From assembly GCA_907165135.1 (NCBI GenBank), contig OU015568.1:6138001-6202000 (forward strand): a stretch of DNA of 64,000 nt. Direction: 5' to 3'. The notes under the pieces were generated by a model. That model saw only the letters and a program-made list of their open reading frames with translations. It was not told where the DNA came from and made no database searches. Below, piece after piece: positions 24,192-37,297 of this stretch (positions within the stretch are counted from its first letter, which is position 1; each line of letters opens with the position of its first letter). Source of the stretch: Oikopleura dioica. Its lineage: Eukaryota > Animalia > Chordata. The position numbers were made by a program, and so were the translations under genes.

Positions 24192-25610
24192 ATGTTGAGA
24201 ATATCAACTGTTCTGGTCAGAGGATCTGGCTTCTTGTCGTTGATTTTTCTTTTTCTCTCGGCAGAGCACGCGGCGAAGAGTATCAGTTATGCCGTGACGA
24301 AGAGGCCGAAAGAACTGCTGCTAGAATTGGGGCAGATTGAAAAAGACTTGGGACTGCAGATTGACAGAGACATCGCGTACACACTCGAGCATGGAGGACT
24401 GGTCGAAGGAGCAAATTCAGCGTACAAAGGAGTCTTGTTTCATTTGGAACGAGTGCTGCACATCATTCCCCAAGCTGACGAAATCGAGGAGCATCACGCT
24501 GAGCCAACAAAAGCTCCAAAATTAGAAAATGTAATTTTATAAATATCATCGGCGGGCTCATCTTTTTTTAGACTGGAAAAGCAAAGTCTGAAGAAGCAAT
24601 CGAGAAAGAGGAAGAAGAGGATTTATCTGACCCGTCGGTTTTTCCGGAAGAATCAACTTACGGCCCAGAAGTTTTGCACCCTCACAATTATAAATGGCTC
24701 CTGAATCCAGTCAACAAATGCAAGCGAGAAAAACCTCTTTTCGTTGTTTTAATTAGAAGCCAAGAAGCAAACTATCAGCTCCGAGAAGCAATCAGAAAGA
24801 CGTGGTGTTCAAGAGAAGAGAAGTCATCAACCTTCAGCTGCGTTTTTCTTGTCGGACGAGATCATACGCTGCCCAAAGAGAAGATCAAGCTCGAGTACAG
24901 CCATTATCACGACATCTTGATGGAAGACTTTGAAGGTAAGCCTCTTCTCTTCTGTTTGTCTCTTTAATTTGATTCAAGACGGCAAAGACATCGAAAAAGT
25001 TCTGATGGGACTCCGCTGGGTAGAAAAATATTGCAAGCAGCCCAAATACCTGCTGAAAACAAACGATGATGTCTGGGTCAACATCGATCGCTTCAACGAC
25101 TACTTCGAATCCAACACTATCGACGAGCACTTCTTTGGGGGGAAATGTGTGATGGAGTTTCCAGACAGAAATCGAAAATCGAAAAAATATATTTCAGAAG
25201 AAGAATATCCCGCGAATCATTATCCAGCTTCCTGCAGGTAAAGCAGTTCTCCTTTGCTTGATCTACTTTCAATCGTTTTTTATAGAGACAGTGGATATTT
25301 GATGACAACGGATCTCGCCGGTAAAATATTCGAAAAATCGCTGGAGGTGGTTCCTCCAGTCAAATTTGAGGACATTTACTTCGGCTTCGTTCTTCATGCT
25401 CTTGGGCTCTTCACAGTAAGCATTTTTAAATCATTTCATTTGTTACTCCTCCCGAAGCGTTCAACCTCCGGATTCGACTTTGGTAAATTTCTTCTTCAAC
25501 GATCCTGCGAGTACAAAACCAACGCGTTCACGATCACCATTGCCGGCCAAAATCTCCAGTCAAAGACAAACAATCTCCAACAACTTCACGAGCGAATACT
25601 CAAGTGTTAA
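24192..25610 (+). CDS. GT31 beta-1,3-galactosyltransferase/GlcNAc-transferase family protein
   Basis: N-terminal signal anchor; LREAIRKTW, CVFLVG, EYSHYHDILMEDF, YLLKTNDDVWVN, YP.SC.SGYLMT and EDIYFG motifs. Confidence 0.88.
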
Positions 25611-26196
25611 ATCCATCTATTCTGCAGGGCTGGTAAATTCGCGTCCTAAAATCTGTCGAAAATTTTTAGTGCGCTAAAATTAGTGCGCGAATTCATTTTG
25701 TCGAGACTTTAGCGACTTTCGCGTCTCTTTCGCGTGTGTCTCGAAAACTGTCGAAAATGATGGCAGCTGATTGGCCCGCCAATGAGTGCGGGCTCTTTAA
25801 TTCTGACGAATACGTAAGTTTGAGAATTTCAAACTTCGTTTAAACTAGAATTTCAAAAAGTTTGGTTTCAATAAAGTGGATAAGAAAATCGAGGGCGTAA
25901 ATTTCTAATATGTAGCCACAAAAGACTTTATCAATCTATTTGATAATTTTATTTATAAATATAAAATAACAAATATAGGGAAAATAATTAGCAGGGTTCT
26001 TCCTGCTTTTTCCCTTTCTTGCCATTCTTCTTCTTGTCGTCGTTCGACAACTAATCTTCGATGTCTTCAATAGTCTGCAGCTGGAGCAGCCTTTTGCGAG
26101 TTGTTAATATAATTCTTTATTAACAAAATCATATTTATTATTATATATTTCTTTTGCAATTCAGAAGGGAGATCTTCTCCCAAGTTCATGCTAACA

Positions 26197-27243
26197 CAGG
26201 GATGGAAATATGAGAAAATTTTCCAGCGGCACCGGCACGGCACGGCACAACCAAAATACCCGTGCCGCGGCACGGTACGGCACGGCACAAAATTCCGAAG
26301 TGCCGTCAAGCCCCTTAAATTAACAAATCAAGGAACGGGGCTGAAACGGCCCGAAGGGCCGTCAAGCCCCTTAAATTAACAAATCAAGGAACGGGGCTGA
26401 AACGGCCCGAAGGGCCGTCAAGCCCCTTAAATTAACAAATCAAGGAACGGGGCTGAAACGGCCCGAAGGGCCGTCAAGCCCCTTAAATTAACAAATCAAG
26501 GAACGGGGCTGAAACGGCCCGAAGGGCCGTCAAGCCCCTTAAATTAACAAATCAAGGAACGGGGCTAAACGGCCCGAAGGGCCATCAAGCCCCTTAAATA
26601 AACAAATCAAGGAAGGGGGCTGAAACGGCCCGAAGGGCCGTCAAGCCCCTTAAATTAACAAATCAAGGAACGGGGCTGAAACGGCCCGAAGGGCCGTCAA
26701 GCTCCTTAAATTAACAAATCAAGGAACGGGGCTGAAACGGCCCGAAGGGCCGTCAAGCCCCTAAAATTAACAAATCAAGGAATGGGGCTGAAACGGCCCG
26801 AAGGGCCGTCAAGCCCCTTAAATTAACAAATCAAGGAACGGGGCTAAAACGGCCCGAAGGGCCATCAAGCCCCTTAAATTAACAAATCAAGGAACGGGGC
26901 TGAAACGGCCCGAAGGGCCGTCAAGCCCCTTAAATTAACAAATCAAGGAACGGGGCTGAAACGGCCCGAAGGGCCGTCAAGCCCCTTAAATTAACAAATC
27001 AAGGAACGGGGCTGAAACGGCCCGAAGGGCCGTCAAGCCCCTTAAATTAACAAATCAAGGAACGGGGCTAAAACGGCCCGAAGGGCCGTCAAGCCCCTTA
27101 AATTAACAAATGAAGGAAGGGGGCTGAAACGGCCCGAAGGGCCGTCAAGCCCCTTAAATTAACAAATCAAGGAAGGGGGCTGAAACGTGCCGTGCCGTGC
27201 CATGCCGCTGTGCCGTGCCGTGCCGCTCAGATTTCCATCCCTG
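26197..27243. mobile_element. Nested non-autonomous hAT-type element
   Basis: TIR CAGGGATGGAAAT / ATTTCCATCCCTG; 8-bp TSD TGCTAACA at 26189-26196 and 27244-27251; subterminal GGCAC/GTGCC pentamer repeats at both ends. Confidence 0.9.
26305..27186. repeat. Tandem array of a 56-bp unit (~16 copies, last one partial)
   Basis: Unit GTCAAGCCCCTTAAATTAACAAATCAAGGAACGGGGCTGAAACGGCCCGAAGGGCC; starts at 26305, 26361, 26417 ... 27144; few substitutions. Confidence 0.97.
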
Positions 27244-28372
27244 TGCTAACACTGTTGGTAAAAACACCCCTTCCCTCGCTTTTAATTTTGATTGCAGATC
27301 TCCTCCTAATACATTTTACTCATAAAAATAACAATGCTATATTCTTTAGCCTATATACTTATAAATTATAATGGATATAAAAACCAAAAAAACTTTGGGA
27401 GGAGTTCTTCATTAGCAGTTATCAGGTAAGCGTGAATTTGGGAGGAGACCTCCCTTGTGAATTATCAAATAAATATGATTCTGTGAATAAAGAGTACTGA
27501 GAAGAGCTCTTCTTGAGGACAGCGATGAGAAGTTGTCGGACGACGACAAGAAGAAGAACGGCAAAAAAATGAAAAAAAACGTGAAGATCCAGCTGCGGAT
27601 GGCCCTGCTATAAAAAAATTAAGGGAGAAGACTTCCCTAGGAAAGCTTATCTTAGCTCGTCATTTAAGGACCCCCCGTCATGTTTGACGATTTTCGGGAA
27701 TCGATTCTCCGAGTTCTGAGAATCATTTTTCTCTATTGTGGTAAAATTCTATCTCGACTCTAACACCCTCGAAATGGAGGTTGAAAATCGAGATTTTCGG
27801 GCTTTTTTCGAAAAATTTGCCCATTTTTCGTCTGATAAGCGACCTTTAATCCCATTTTTGGACTGAACCCCTAAATTTTCTTAAATCAAGGTCATCCGTG
27901 AGATATTAATGTTTGAAAAATATTTTGACTTAAACCTTTCGAAGCGACACCCTTAAGAAGTGCACGAGCGTTCTTTACTATTTGGTGCCCTCACCCAAAT
28001 ATATACAACAATATTTTAAAGTTTATATTATATAGTTATAGTATAGTTTCCGTTTATTGAAAGTCTTCCCTTGTAAAAAATCGTCTTCCATGAAGTTGTC
28101 CTCCGAGAAGAGCGCGCCCATTTGTTGATGAAAAAGAGCCTCTTTTTTCGCGACTTTAGCGCTGAAAAGCTCTCGAAAAGTCACTAATTTCCCCGAGTGG
28201 AAAAATTAGTGTCATTTTAGCGCACTAAAGGCGCGAAAGACGCGAAAGTGTCTCTAAAATAATATTAGTGCGCTAATTTTTTTTTCTTCGAGAGATATTA
28301 GTGCGCTAATTTACCAGCCCTGCTATTCTGTATTATACTTTATGATATGTTTGAATGTTCAAGAAAGCTGTT

Positions 28373-30970
28373 TCAAATTTGAAGCATGTGATCGTCAAAA
28401 ATCAGCGGGATCTCGTCCGTCAGAGAGGTCATCGTTTCGTTGAAGTAGATTCTGAAACAGTTTCGCAAATAAGATCAGCAATCGGAGATTACCTAAACGC
28501 TTCTTCAAGCTGATCATACGTAGCTCGCTTGTCTGGTTCTTCGACAAAACACGCCATGATGATTGAGTGGATTGAGCTGAGTTGGTTAATACTTGATACG
28601 TTAACTAACAACTTTAAAAGTTACCGAGCCATGACTTCAGGCCGATGAAGTTTTTCTCCGTTGTCTATCGCTTTGAGCACATCGTTCCACTTTCGGCAGT
28701 GCGAGTATGGCGTTCCTCCTCTGAATTCAAATTGCGATAGTGAAGCAACAAAAGAACTTACCTGGTGAAAAACTCCCAGATAGTGCAGCCAACTGACCAG
28801 ACGTCCGACCAAACGCTTTTTGAGATTTCAAAGTTTTCTGTTGAAACTTGAAAACAAAAAATAGTCTCTTTTCAAAACCCTTTCGTGAATTCCATGGCTC
28901 TGAGAGTCTCCGGAGCAAACCAGTACATGAAATCCGAGAGAAGATTGTCGCCCATTTCGTCCGGCAAAAATTCTAAAATGTGAAGTCCTTTCACTCCGTA
29001 GGCGATTTTGAGCTTGTTGTCGCCGCTGAGAAGCAGCGTCATGCATCGAAGCTATAAATTCGACTTGAAAATGCTCAAGAATAACTATTAAAAACCTCTC
29101 TGACGACAATATCCGCGCTAGATAAATGCTTCATTCCAGCTATCAAGTCCTTGATCCAACCAAAGACGTCTTTGTAAGTGATGATTTGTAACGGGCTGAC
29201 GAGAAAACTGAGCATTGAAGTGTCAGTGGCTCCGTCGTAGACAAAAGAAGGGATGCTTTCGTGGTCGAAGATGATTCCGAAAATTGGAAAAACGACTTTT
29301 GAGAAGTTCATTTCGCAGGTTTTCTTGGCCAGCTGAATAAATTATTGAAATCAAGGAAGAGTCTTTCTTTAAAAATACCGAAAAGATGAGTTTGGAAAGC
29401 TTCTTTTTCATCAGAAAATTATTCCTAATCAGCATGTCCTTTTTGTTGTTGCTCATGTCGTCGGTCTTCTTTTCCGACCAATTGGACGACCAAAAAACCG
29501 GTTTGCCGTCGAACTTGCCGTAAATCATTCTGACTCCATAAGCAGTTCCTGATAGTCGCCATGGACGAGCATTTTCCACGTCGTTTCGAAACATCAAAAA
29601 CCGCGAGACGAGTTCTTTGTCGATGTAATCGTGGACAGACTTTTGAACTGTCTCGTTGTGCATGTGCGAAATTCGCTGCAAAAAGAAGGGAACGTATCCG
29701 GTCGGTTTTGCATCAGTTTTTTCAAGAAAATAAGTGAGTTTTCTTTTCACCCATATGTCCATGTTTCTTTTGGCATTGGTGCGCTCGAAGAAAAACAGCA
29801 TAATCAGCGGAATAAACAAAATTTCAAAGACCAAAACGGCCACTGTGACGTAGCGAGTACTAAGATGCAGCGAAATCGTTACGTTTATCAGCACGCAAGT
29901 CAGAGCTATCAAGAGTAGGGAGAACAAATGAGCGACGACTACGAGTCCGCGCTGGTGGTAGCCCTCTCGGATCATCCGCCTGTAGCTCAAGTAAATAGAA
30001 CTCGCGAGGATGCAGATATTGATCGTCTCGAAAAACGCCGACACCCATCCGAAGTACTTGAACGTCGCCTGGTCCAGTCCCATGATAAACGATCCGTTGG
30101 CGTAGCAATAGGTGCCAGAATAATCTTGCCTCGAAAGAATGACACAGCCGAGGTCGTATTGTGGGACATCGGGGACTGTGATACCGAGTTTGAGGAAACA
30201 TCCGATGCTGAGAAAAAGCTGCAAAACCGGGACGAAAACGGCGGGAACCATGGGAAGAAGCGCAAAGTAGATAAATATCGGCTTGATTCGAACCAGGTCA
30301 ACGGCGTCGACGTCGATTTCTTCCTCGTCCTCGTGCTTTGTCGCCTCCTGGAATCTGCTGTTCATCAGGCCGGTGAGAGTCCAGTTTCCATTCCCACGGA
30401 AAGCGGGGCCAGCGCCTTAGAAGATAGTTACCTTTATGAATTGAAAGAGTGAGTACCTGCAATGGCGATTTTCAAATCTCGTCTGTCTTTATTCGACGTT
30501 CGGATGTAAGTGGCGAGCCTGTACGAGTAGATGATCTGCCAGAAACTGAGAGGCATGACGACTGTGAAGATGAACCAAATTTTGGAGAAAGGGAAGCAGA
30601 AGTGGCTCGGCACAAGTTTCAAAATGTCGAAAATGAGGAGAACGACCGCGGCGATGACTGAAGCAGTGCAAGTGTAGACGCACCAGATGTAGCTAGTTCT
30701 GCTGAAACGGACATTTTGGCGGTTGCAGACGACGAGGGTGTATCTCTCGACGCGCACTCGCTTCAAGTAAAAGGGCAGTTTCCGGCGAATGAAGCTGACC
30801 AAGCAGCAGGCATTAAAAATCAGCACAAAAACAAGAAGCCCTCCAGGTAAACTGATTCTGCGCCACAAATGCACCAGGTCGTCAAAAGACAAGTGCGCGA
30901 TTTTCGTGCTTATCTCTGAAATGTCTGCGCCCATTGGACTTTTGGGGAAGTAGACGAATGCTACTGGCAT
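28373..30970 (-). CDS. Multi-pass membrane protein fused to a C-terminal tyrosine-kinase-like pseudokinase domain
   Basis: ORFs 30970-30434 and 30365-29223 carry about 7-8 hydrophobic segments. Spliced continuation gives DLIAGMKHLSSADIVVRE|LRCMTLLLSGDNKLKIAYG, YWFAPETLRAMEF, SDVWSVGCTIWEFFT, GTPY and MACFVEEPDKRATYDQL. HRD appears as VRE and DFG as AYG. Confidence 0.75.
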
Positions 30971-31099
30971 CGGGCAAAATTGATATAAGTTGAAAAAGTT
31001 GGCATCGATTTATACGCGCACGAAATTTGCTACTTATAACTTTATCGATTTTACGGAAGGGAAGATGGTGGCGTTTGGAATCTTTATTTGAAGAATATT

Positions 31100-32045
31100 T
31101 ACAGTGAAAATAACAGGAGAAATCTAGTCTTTTGGTGACTTAGAGTTCATTAGCCGAGGATCTTGGTTGTATTTTTGCGAAAGTCGGTCGATCAGGTCCT
31201 GGATATTCAGCATTTTCGCCGGCTGAATTTGATAAGTTTCAATCAATCAGAAAAAAGTACCTTTGCCGTAGCTAGAATCACATTCTTCTCGCCGTTATTC
31301 CACATTGCGTTCATTCCCGAAACGCCGCGGGAAAAGTCCCGTCGACGTTGGCTCCAACTTGAGGCCATTTCTTCATTGAACTTTGCTTGGCTCCTGATCA
31401 CGGTGGTTTTATTTCATCTCTGATTGAAAATTCTTACCTCTCCGCGTATTCTGGCAATGCAGGATTGAGGGAACTGTCGAAGCTGGAGTGCACCGCGAAA
31501 AGGGATGAAATTGGGATTCTCATTCTCGTTTTTCAGAAATGAAAGCGCTCCTTTTCATAAATCCAGATAATTTTATGTAAGGTTGATCCACCAGTGCCGC
31601 CCAAAAATTGATTTCATTCGAGAAATATTTATAAATATCTTGGTTCACCCAACGTGGTGAGTTTCTAAGTTCTATTTTTCTATTTGGAATAGTTCGGTGT
31701 TTGGTGGGTACTTGGATTGATGGAAGTTTGATTAGGGAGCCGCTTGCAAATTTACGAGTCAAATACAAATAGCTGTTTACTGGAAGCGCGGCGGATGCAA
31801 TATTTGCCGACGGCGCCAAGTTAAACTTTAACTTTCGCCGAGCAGCGACGCCCAAACCCCGCCAGCCACATCATCATTATTTCAAAAATACCCGAGAAAT
31901 CATTCCAGAAAACGGAAATTTTCAACTGGGCAGAATTCAATCGTTCTTTTTGCGATTTTAACTGAAGGTAAAGCTGGCTACATAACGTTTGAAAACTTGC
32001 TGAAACGAACGTTATGTTGTCCCTACCTACAGTTAGCTGCGCCAC
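31100..32045 (-). CDS. Unidentified small spliced gene
   Basis: Minus ORFs 32045-31821 and 31855-31520 plus GT-AG-bounded pieces near 31460-31160. No family recognised. Confidence 0.3.
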
Positions 32046-32431
32046 AATCGACAGTACATATTCGAGAGCAAAGAGCTAAGTCTCCTTAGAGAAAGCCAAA
32101 AGTGTAAATTTTAACCTGCTGCTGTCAAAATGAGGCCTTTAATAATATGGAGATTTTTCGAAAGAATTAAGGGTGTCACTGCGTAAACTTTAACGAAAAC
32201 GATTCTATAAAGATCATCTATCTTGAATCAACTGTTCGTTGAGGATCATTTTTTTCATTTTTCGATTTATTTACAAGGTGAGAATTAATATCTACGGAAG
32301 TGAAGACTTTGTGGCAGAGTTGAAATTTGTTTGAGACGAGAACGAGGAGTAGAAAAATTGTAAGTTGGTCAGTTAGCTTGCTCAATAAATATAAAGTTAA
32401 CGTAGTTGAAGTGTGCAGAATATTTTCAAAG

Positions 32432-35400
32432 CTAAAGCGCGTTGGTGTTGCCCTCGCAGCCGGTGACGATGGCGTCGACCCAGACGCGCGCCAGTTCGGA
32501 TGATTTCGCTGCCAGCACCAGACGCCTGCTCGAAGTGGTGATGACGATTCCAATGCGCCGATTCGGGGCTTTGAATTTGTTGCTGTGATCGATGAAAACG
32601 TCGGAGATCTCGGGGAAAAAGATCACCCCGTTTGGCTTCTTCTCTTTCTCGCTGCTAAAAATTGAAGTTAACAAAAAAGTCTCTAGAATTATTTTTCTTA
32701 AAAATTTGTTGCCCGCTTATAGAGTCAGTTAAAAAGTGACTTTTCGGATGAAAACGAAAAAATGAACTTTTTTAAAAAACGCGGCTCTTTGAACAGCGTT
32801 CTTTCCGATCGCTCAGAAAGAACCTTCTTCAAGCAGTTGATCAGATCAGAAGAGCTTCACGAGGAAATATTCCAAAGACTAACGGTAAGCTCTGTTTTTG
32901 GGGCCATCTATTAAACCAGCTTCAGACAAATAAGTTTTGGCCCTTTCACGACTACGGACCGTTTTTTGAGCTGGAATATATGAACCCAAACTACTACAAA
33001 GCTGTCGTCCAGCTTGTCCTATGGCCAGGGATTCGAAATCCAAATACTAAGCTTTTCTGTCGATTTTTCTTGAACCCCTAAAAGACCCTGATTGTTCTGA
33101 TTTATGTAATCTTTCACGCGCTTGGGATGTCCAGCCACGATTTACACTTTTTATTTTACCTCATTCTTCCGACTTGGTTAATTTACAAAATATTGGACAT
33201 CGTCAAATACTGGGACTGTGAGTACTCCTCCTTGATTTCAAAAAAGAAAAAGGGCAAATTTAGTCCGCCAACTGGTGATAAAGAAGCTCGAAAATACGTA
33301 CGAATTCAGAGTCGGCGACAATGTTACTCATGAAGGAGATTTAAGGTAATGGAACTACTCTCTTTTCTTGGGATTATAATTGGTTTCGTAGCGATATTTA
33401 TATTCGAATAGAAGCGCTGGATGGAGCAGATAGCAAACTATTCTACCGACTTATTTTAAATGGATACAACGTAAGCGAACTCAACTCTTCTATCAATAAT
33501 TCTTCAATTATTTCAAGATCGAAAAATATATCCTGACGACGATGACAAGCAAAAAGAACGACTTGGACAAAATCGGCCGCCTTATCGCTCGTAGAGTCAA
33601 TTTAAATTACTTCGGTAAGATCATTCTGTTACGAGAGAAGGAAAAACCAAATGTTTCAGATTCCGGAGATATCTCGAGCAAGAACGTAGTTCGCCACATC
33701 GAAAATGTCAAGAGAAAGAAAGCTTTCGTCTCGTCTCCCCGCCCAACAAGGCAAACTCGAAAGTCTGTTTTCCAAGGCTTCATGGTTTAATCTGTATTCA
33801 TTTTTTCTGTAATATACTATTCACGTGATTTTTAAAAGAAAGTTTCTTTGAAGAAATCTATACAATCCGACGAGGAAATTATTAAATTGAACCCCTTAGA
33901 ATCCGATCAGACAGATTATAGACGAATTTATTAGCCGAGCGTTAATTCAATTAAGAAAATTGTTTCTACACCCCGAATCAATTAATTACCTAAACCACTG
34001 AAGCGATCGTGTCCGGCGATCGAAGAGGACCCATCTGTTCTTCCATCGCTTCCACGGTCGTCGCTTCTTCCTTGATGCCAGCTTCGACAGTTTTCCCCGA
34101 ATCGCGTGGGGAGTAATGTCGAGAGAAGCTGTCACTCGTGGGTTGTGGCCTTGAGCTTCCAGATGAGTTCTCAAATCCAGATTTGGACTCGTATTTGCGA
34201 CGTATCTGGTCATCGGGCGATTTTCTTTTCTCCTTGAATCTCCTTCCGGAGAAACACTAGAGCGCATCGTCACCTGATCGTTTCCGTACTAAAAATAAAA
34301 GTAAAAAATCAAAATCGATCGCCGCGAAAATCACCTGTGAAGCAGACGCGCCGATGTCAGAAATTGACGGATTCGAGCTTGGGGGCATCGAGTCCTTTAC
34401 TGGCGAAATGACGGATTGATCGAAGACCGAGTCAGACGGATTCCGCCCGCTTTGAGAAATGCCCACTGAATTTGACCTCGTGTGGTTGGTAAACGTCGAG
34501 TTCGCTCGAGGATAGCCGGGAGAGGTCATTCCAGTCGGCTCTTCGGATGCGCTGGCCAGAGATCGCATCAGTCGTTCTTTTTCTTCCTGCACTTCCATTA
34601 GGAGCTTTTTCATTTCTTCCACGTGCTTTTCGCTTCAAACAGAAGAGTTTGAGGAGTAACTACTAATTGATTTGTATTTACCTGTCTTGCGCCTGGGCCA
34701 GTTGGCTCGCGCGCTCAACGATCCAATTCGAGTTGGCAGTACTTCCGTAGCTGTCGACACTGAGCACGGAGCCGCCGTCATATGAGATGCCGCTGTTGGA
34801 GCGCGCGCGGGGACGTCGCACCCGCGGACCGGTGCAGTACGACGGCGCCTTCCGCTGGAATCGGCTAATCATCTGTTTCTCCTCGCGCTGCAGTGCGATG
34901 ATCTGCTCATCCCGCTCAGCGTTCAGCCGGAGCGTCTCTTCCCGCATCTCCGCGTCGAGGACCACCAGTTGATTCTGAAAATGTCGAGTTAAATTGAATC
35001 TAATTTATAAGCGGCAATAAAATCTATTTTTCTGACGTGAGCGTGAAGAAGTAAAATCAACTGATCTCAATTAAGCTCAGAGCAGATGCAGCCTCGTAAA
35101 AATCCATCTTGTTTTTTCCGTAATTATCGTTTCCTCTTTTCGTTGTACTCACTTTCAAAGCGTCCATCCGTCTTTTACGGTCGCGCAGAGTCATTTCCAG
35201 CTCTTTGGAGATCTCGTTGTTTCTTGCTCCACAAACGTTGTTTTCCAACTGAGCGCGTTCAATTTCAAGCATGTTTTCTTCCTCGTGGAGTTCGCCGGAG
35301 ACAAGTGCTTTTTCCATTCGAAGCGACTGGAGCGTCTCGTCGAGCTGCCCTTCCAATTCTCTGATGCGGTCTTTGATCGCGCAGGGTCTGTCTTTCATCG

Positions 35401-37297
35401 AAGCTATTTGCGTCATCCTTTCTTTCTCGCGCTAAATAGTGGATTTTTATTTTTCCTATTTTCCCAATTATAAAAAATGAAGAGCGACTTATATATTTTC
35501 ATTTTGAAAGGAAGTCATTTTCGACTTCCAAAAACGGCGAAATGAAAAAATAAAGAGCCAAATCTGCAAAAGAATGGATCAAAGTCAGCTGAAGCCATTT
35601 GGGGCGCAGACAGAAGATTAGAGCAAATGTTGACTTACAGCAGCTTCGGCGCGTTCGTGATCAAGGTCGATTCGGTTCTGCGCCTCGAATTCTTCCAGCC
35701 CGTAGATCAGATCTTTCCCCGAGCGGTGCGACAAGAGAGATGAAACAGAACCCTGTCGCTGACGGTGGCTGAGGCCCATACCATAGCCAGATGGTGGAAG
35801 GGAGGCCATTTCAGACGCTGCGTCAGAATTTCGCCGATGCCGCGATCTGCCTCGCTCTCCGCCGCCGTAGCCAAAGCCAGAGCAGGTCGACATGCTGTCC
35901 AAATTTTGACGATCTAAATTTGAAATTCAAACTTTGATCTTGTTCTAGCGAGTGGATTAGATAAGCCTTGAATTGCGGCTCCGGACCCCACCCGTGTAAA
36001 ATTCCTTTGTTTGATATTTTCCCGAGTACTCCGAAATATTTTCCGCCTGAGTGGCAAATCCCGTCAAATTGACCGCATCGAGAAAGTATTTTGCTTGGAA
36101 AATCTCGCTCGATTTAATCCGCCAAAATCTGTATTTGGAAAAGAGCTCTGGAGCTGGCACAGGTTCTTAAAGATCCATCAAGTTTGCTATTTTTAGCTAA
36201 TGCTATCGCTAAAGGGGTCAAAAGGCTCTTTTAAAGGGATCGAGAGCTTATATTTTCCAAATTACAAAATAAATGGCCAGAATCGATTAATCAGCTTTTT
36301 CCTTCTGAAAGAAATATAAATCCCTCGGCGAAAAAAAGGTCACCAAGGAGGTCAATTTTTCAATTTTCAAATATTCACTCAATTAATATTTATCAAGGTC
36401 GCTTTCAATATTCAAAATTCTAATTGGGAAGAAAATGAATAATGTGACCGGGAAAAAACGGGAAAGCGAAACGAAGACGGTCCATTAAAAGTTAGACAAT
36501 GACAGATTATAGAATTAAGCCCGCGGGAAAGGGAAAGAAGGATCATCCGGGATGAGGATCGGATTTGATTCCTATTTTGGTCGCCCATTTATCGGAACAA
36601 GGCCAAGTTTTTAACAAAGCCTTTTGAAAGACTCACTGTTTATTTTAATTATGACAATTTGCAGTCGTTTATTACTAGTTGCCGTTTTCTCCTTTTTTCT
36701 CTCAGGACGGCGAAGTTAATTATCACACCTCTGGGAAATGGACTGACTCAGCTGTGAGCCCTCTGTGACTCTGGTAGGCTTACAACTAATTCTCAACTTT
36801 CTCATTGAAAGATTCATTTTCTGAATTCATCATCCCTCAAGAACGCACTTCCTTCTCAAAATACCCCAGTTCCCAGTCCACAGCCAGTGAATAAAATAAA
36901 CAGTTTTGGGCTTTTTTAAAACAGTGCAAATTTCAAAATTGGCGTTTCCGGTTTAGTAAATTTTCAAAAGCAACAACTGACCTTTTGACCTGGCCCGGAT
37001 GTTGGCAGCTCTGTTTCGAGCGTTTTGAAGGCGAGACATGGCATCTTTGCCAGATCCGATCGGTCGGTCGACAGAAAGAGAGCGGTGATGGGAGGGTCGA
37101 TGGTGGAGTCCATGCGAGGTCGGTTCGGGCATTCGCCGCGGGGCAGGGATCGGCGGAAGATGGCAGGACTCGGGAGTGACGATCACTTCCTCGTCCGAAA
37201 GTTTGAGTTTTTCTTGAAAGTCCATCGAGTTCACTCCAGAGTCGGTTTCATTTTCTTTCCCCGGCGAGTGTCCTAAAAACAACCCCTTTGTTAGCAT
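32432..37297 (-). CDS. PHLDB: PHLDB/LL5-family pleckstrin homology-like domain protein
   Basis: Coiled-coil exons (LEGQLDETLQSLRMEKALVSGE). C-terminal PH domain KRWKNRWVLFDRRTRSLQWF|...GVIFFPEISDVFIDH...LVLAAKSSELARVWVDAIVTGCEG. Further 5' exons may exist near 37670-37970. Confidence 0.85.
32762..33790 (+). CDS. Multi-exon gene of unknown function nested antisense in the last PHLDB intron
   Basis: ATG at 32762 (MNFFKKRGSLNSVLSDRSERTFFKQLIRSEELHEEIFQRLT), with several GTAAG...AG short introns and a final exon ending ...SVFQGFMV*. It lies inside the ~1.3-kb PHLDB intron (about 32657-33989). Confidence 0.55.

Larger units (their letters stand above)
25625..28322. mobile_element. Non-autonomous hAT-type element (outer)
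   Basis: TIR CAGGGCTGGTAAATT / AATTTACCAGCCCTG; 8-bp TSD CTATTCTG at 25617-25624 and 28323-28330; subterminal TTAGTGCGCT repeats; no transposase ORF. Confidence 0.9.

Noticed and set aside
26067-26379. Short ORFs at the start of the nested hAT element
   Set aside because: They are products of GGCAC pentamer repeats, with no transposase motifs.
27664-27958. TTAA-flanked element (piggyBac/Kolobok-like)
   Set aside because: TTAA occurs at both ends, but the termini are not convincing inverted repeats.
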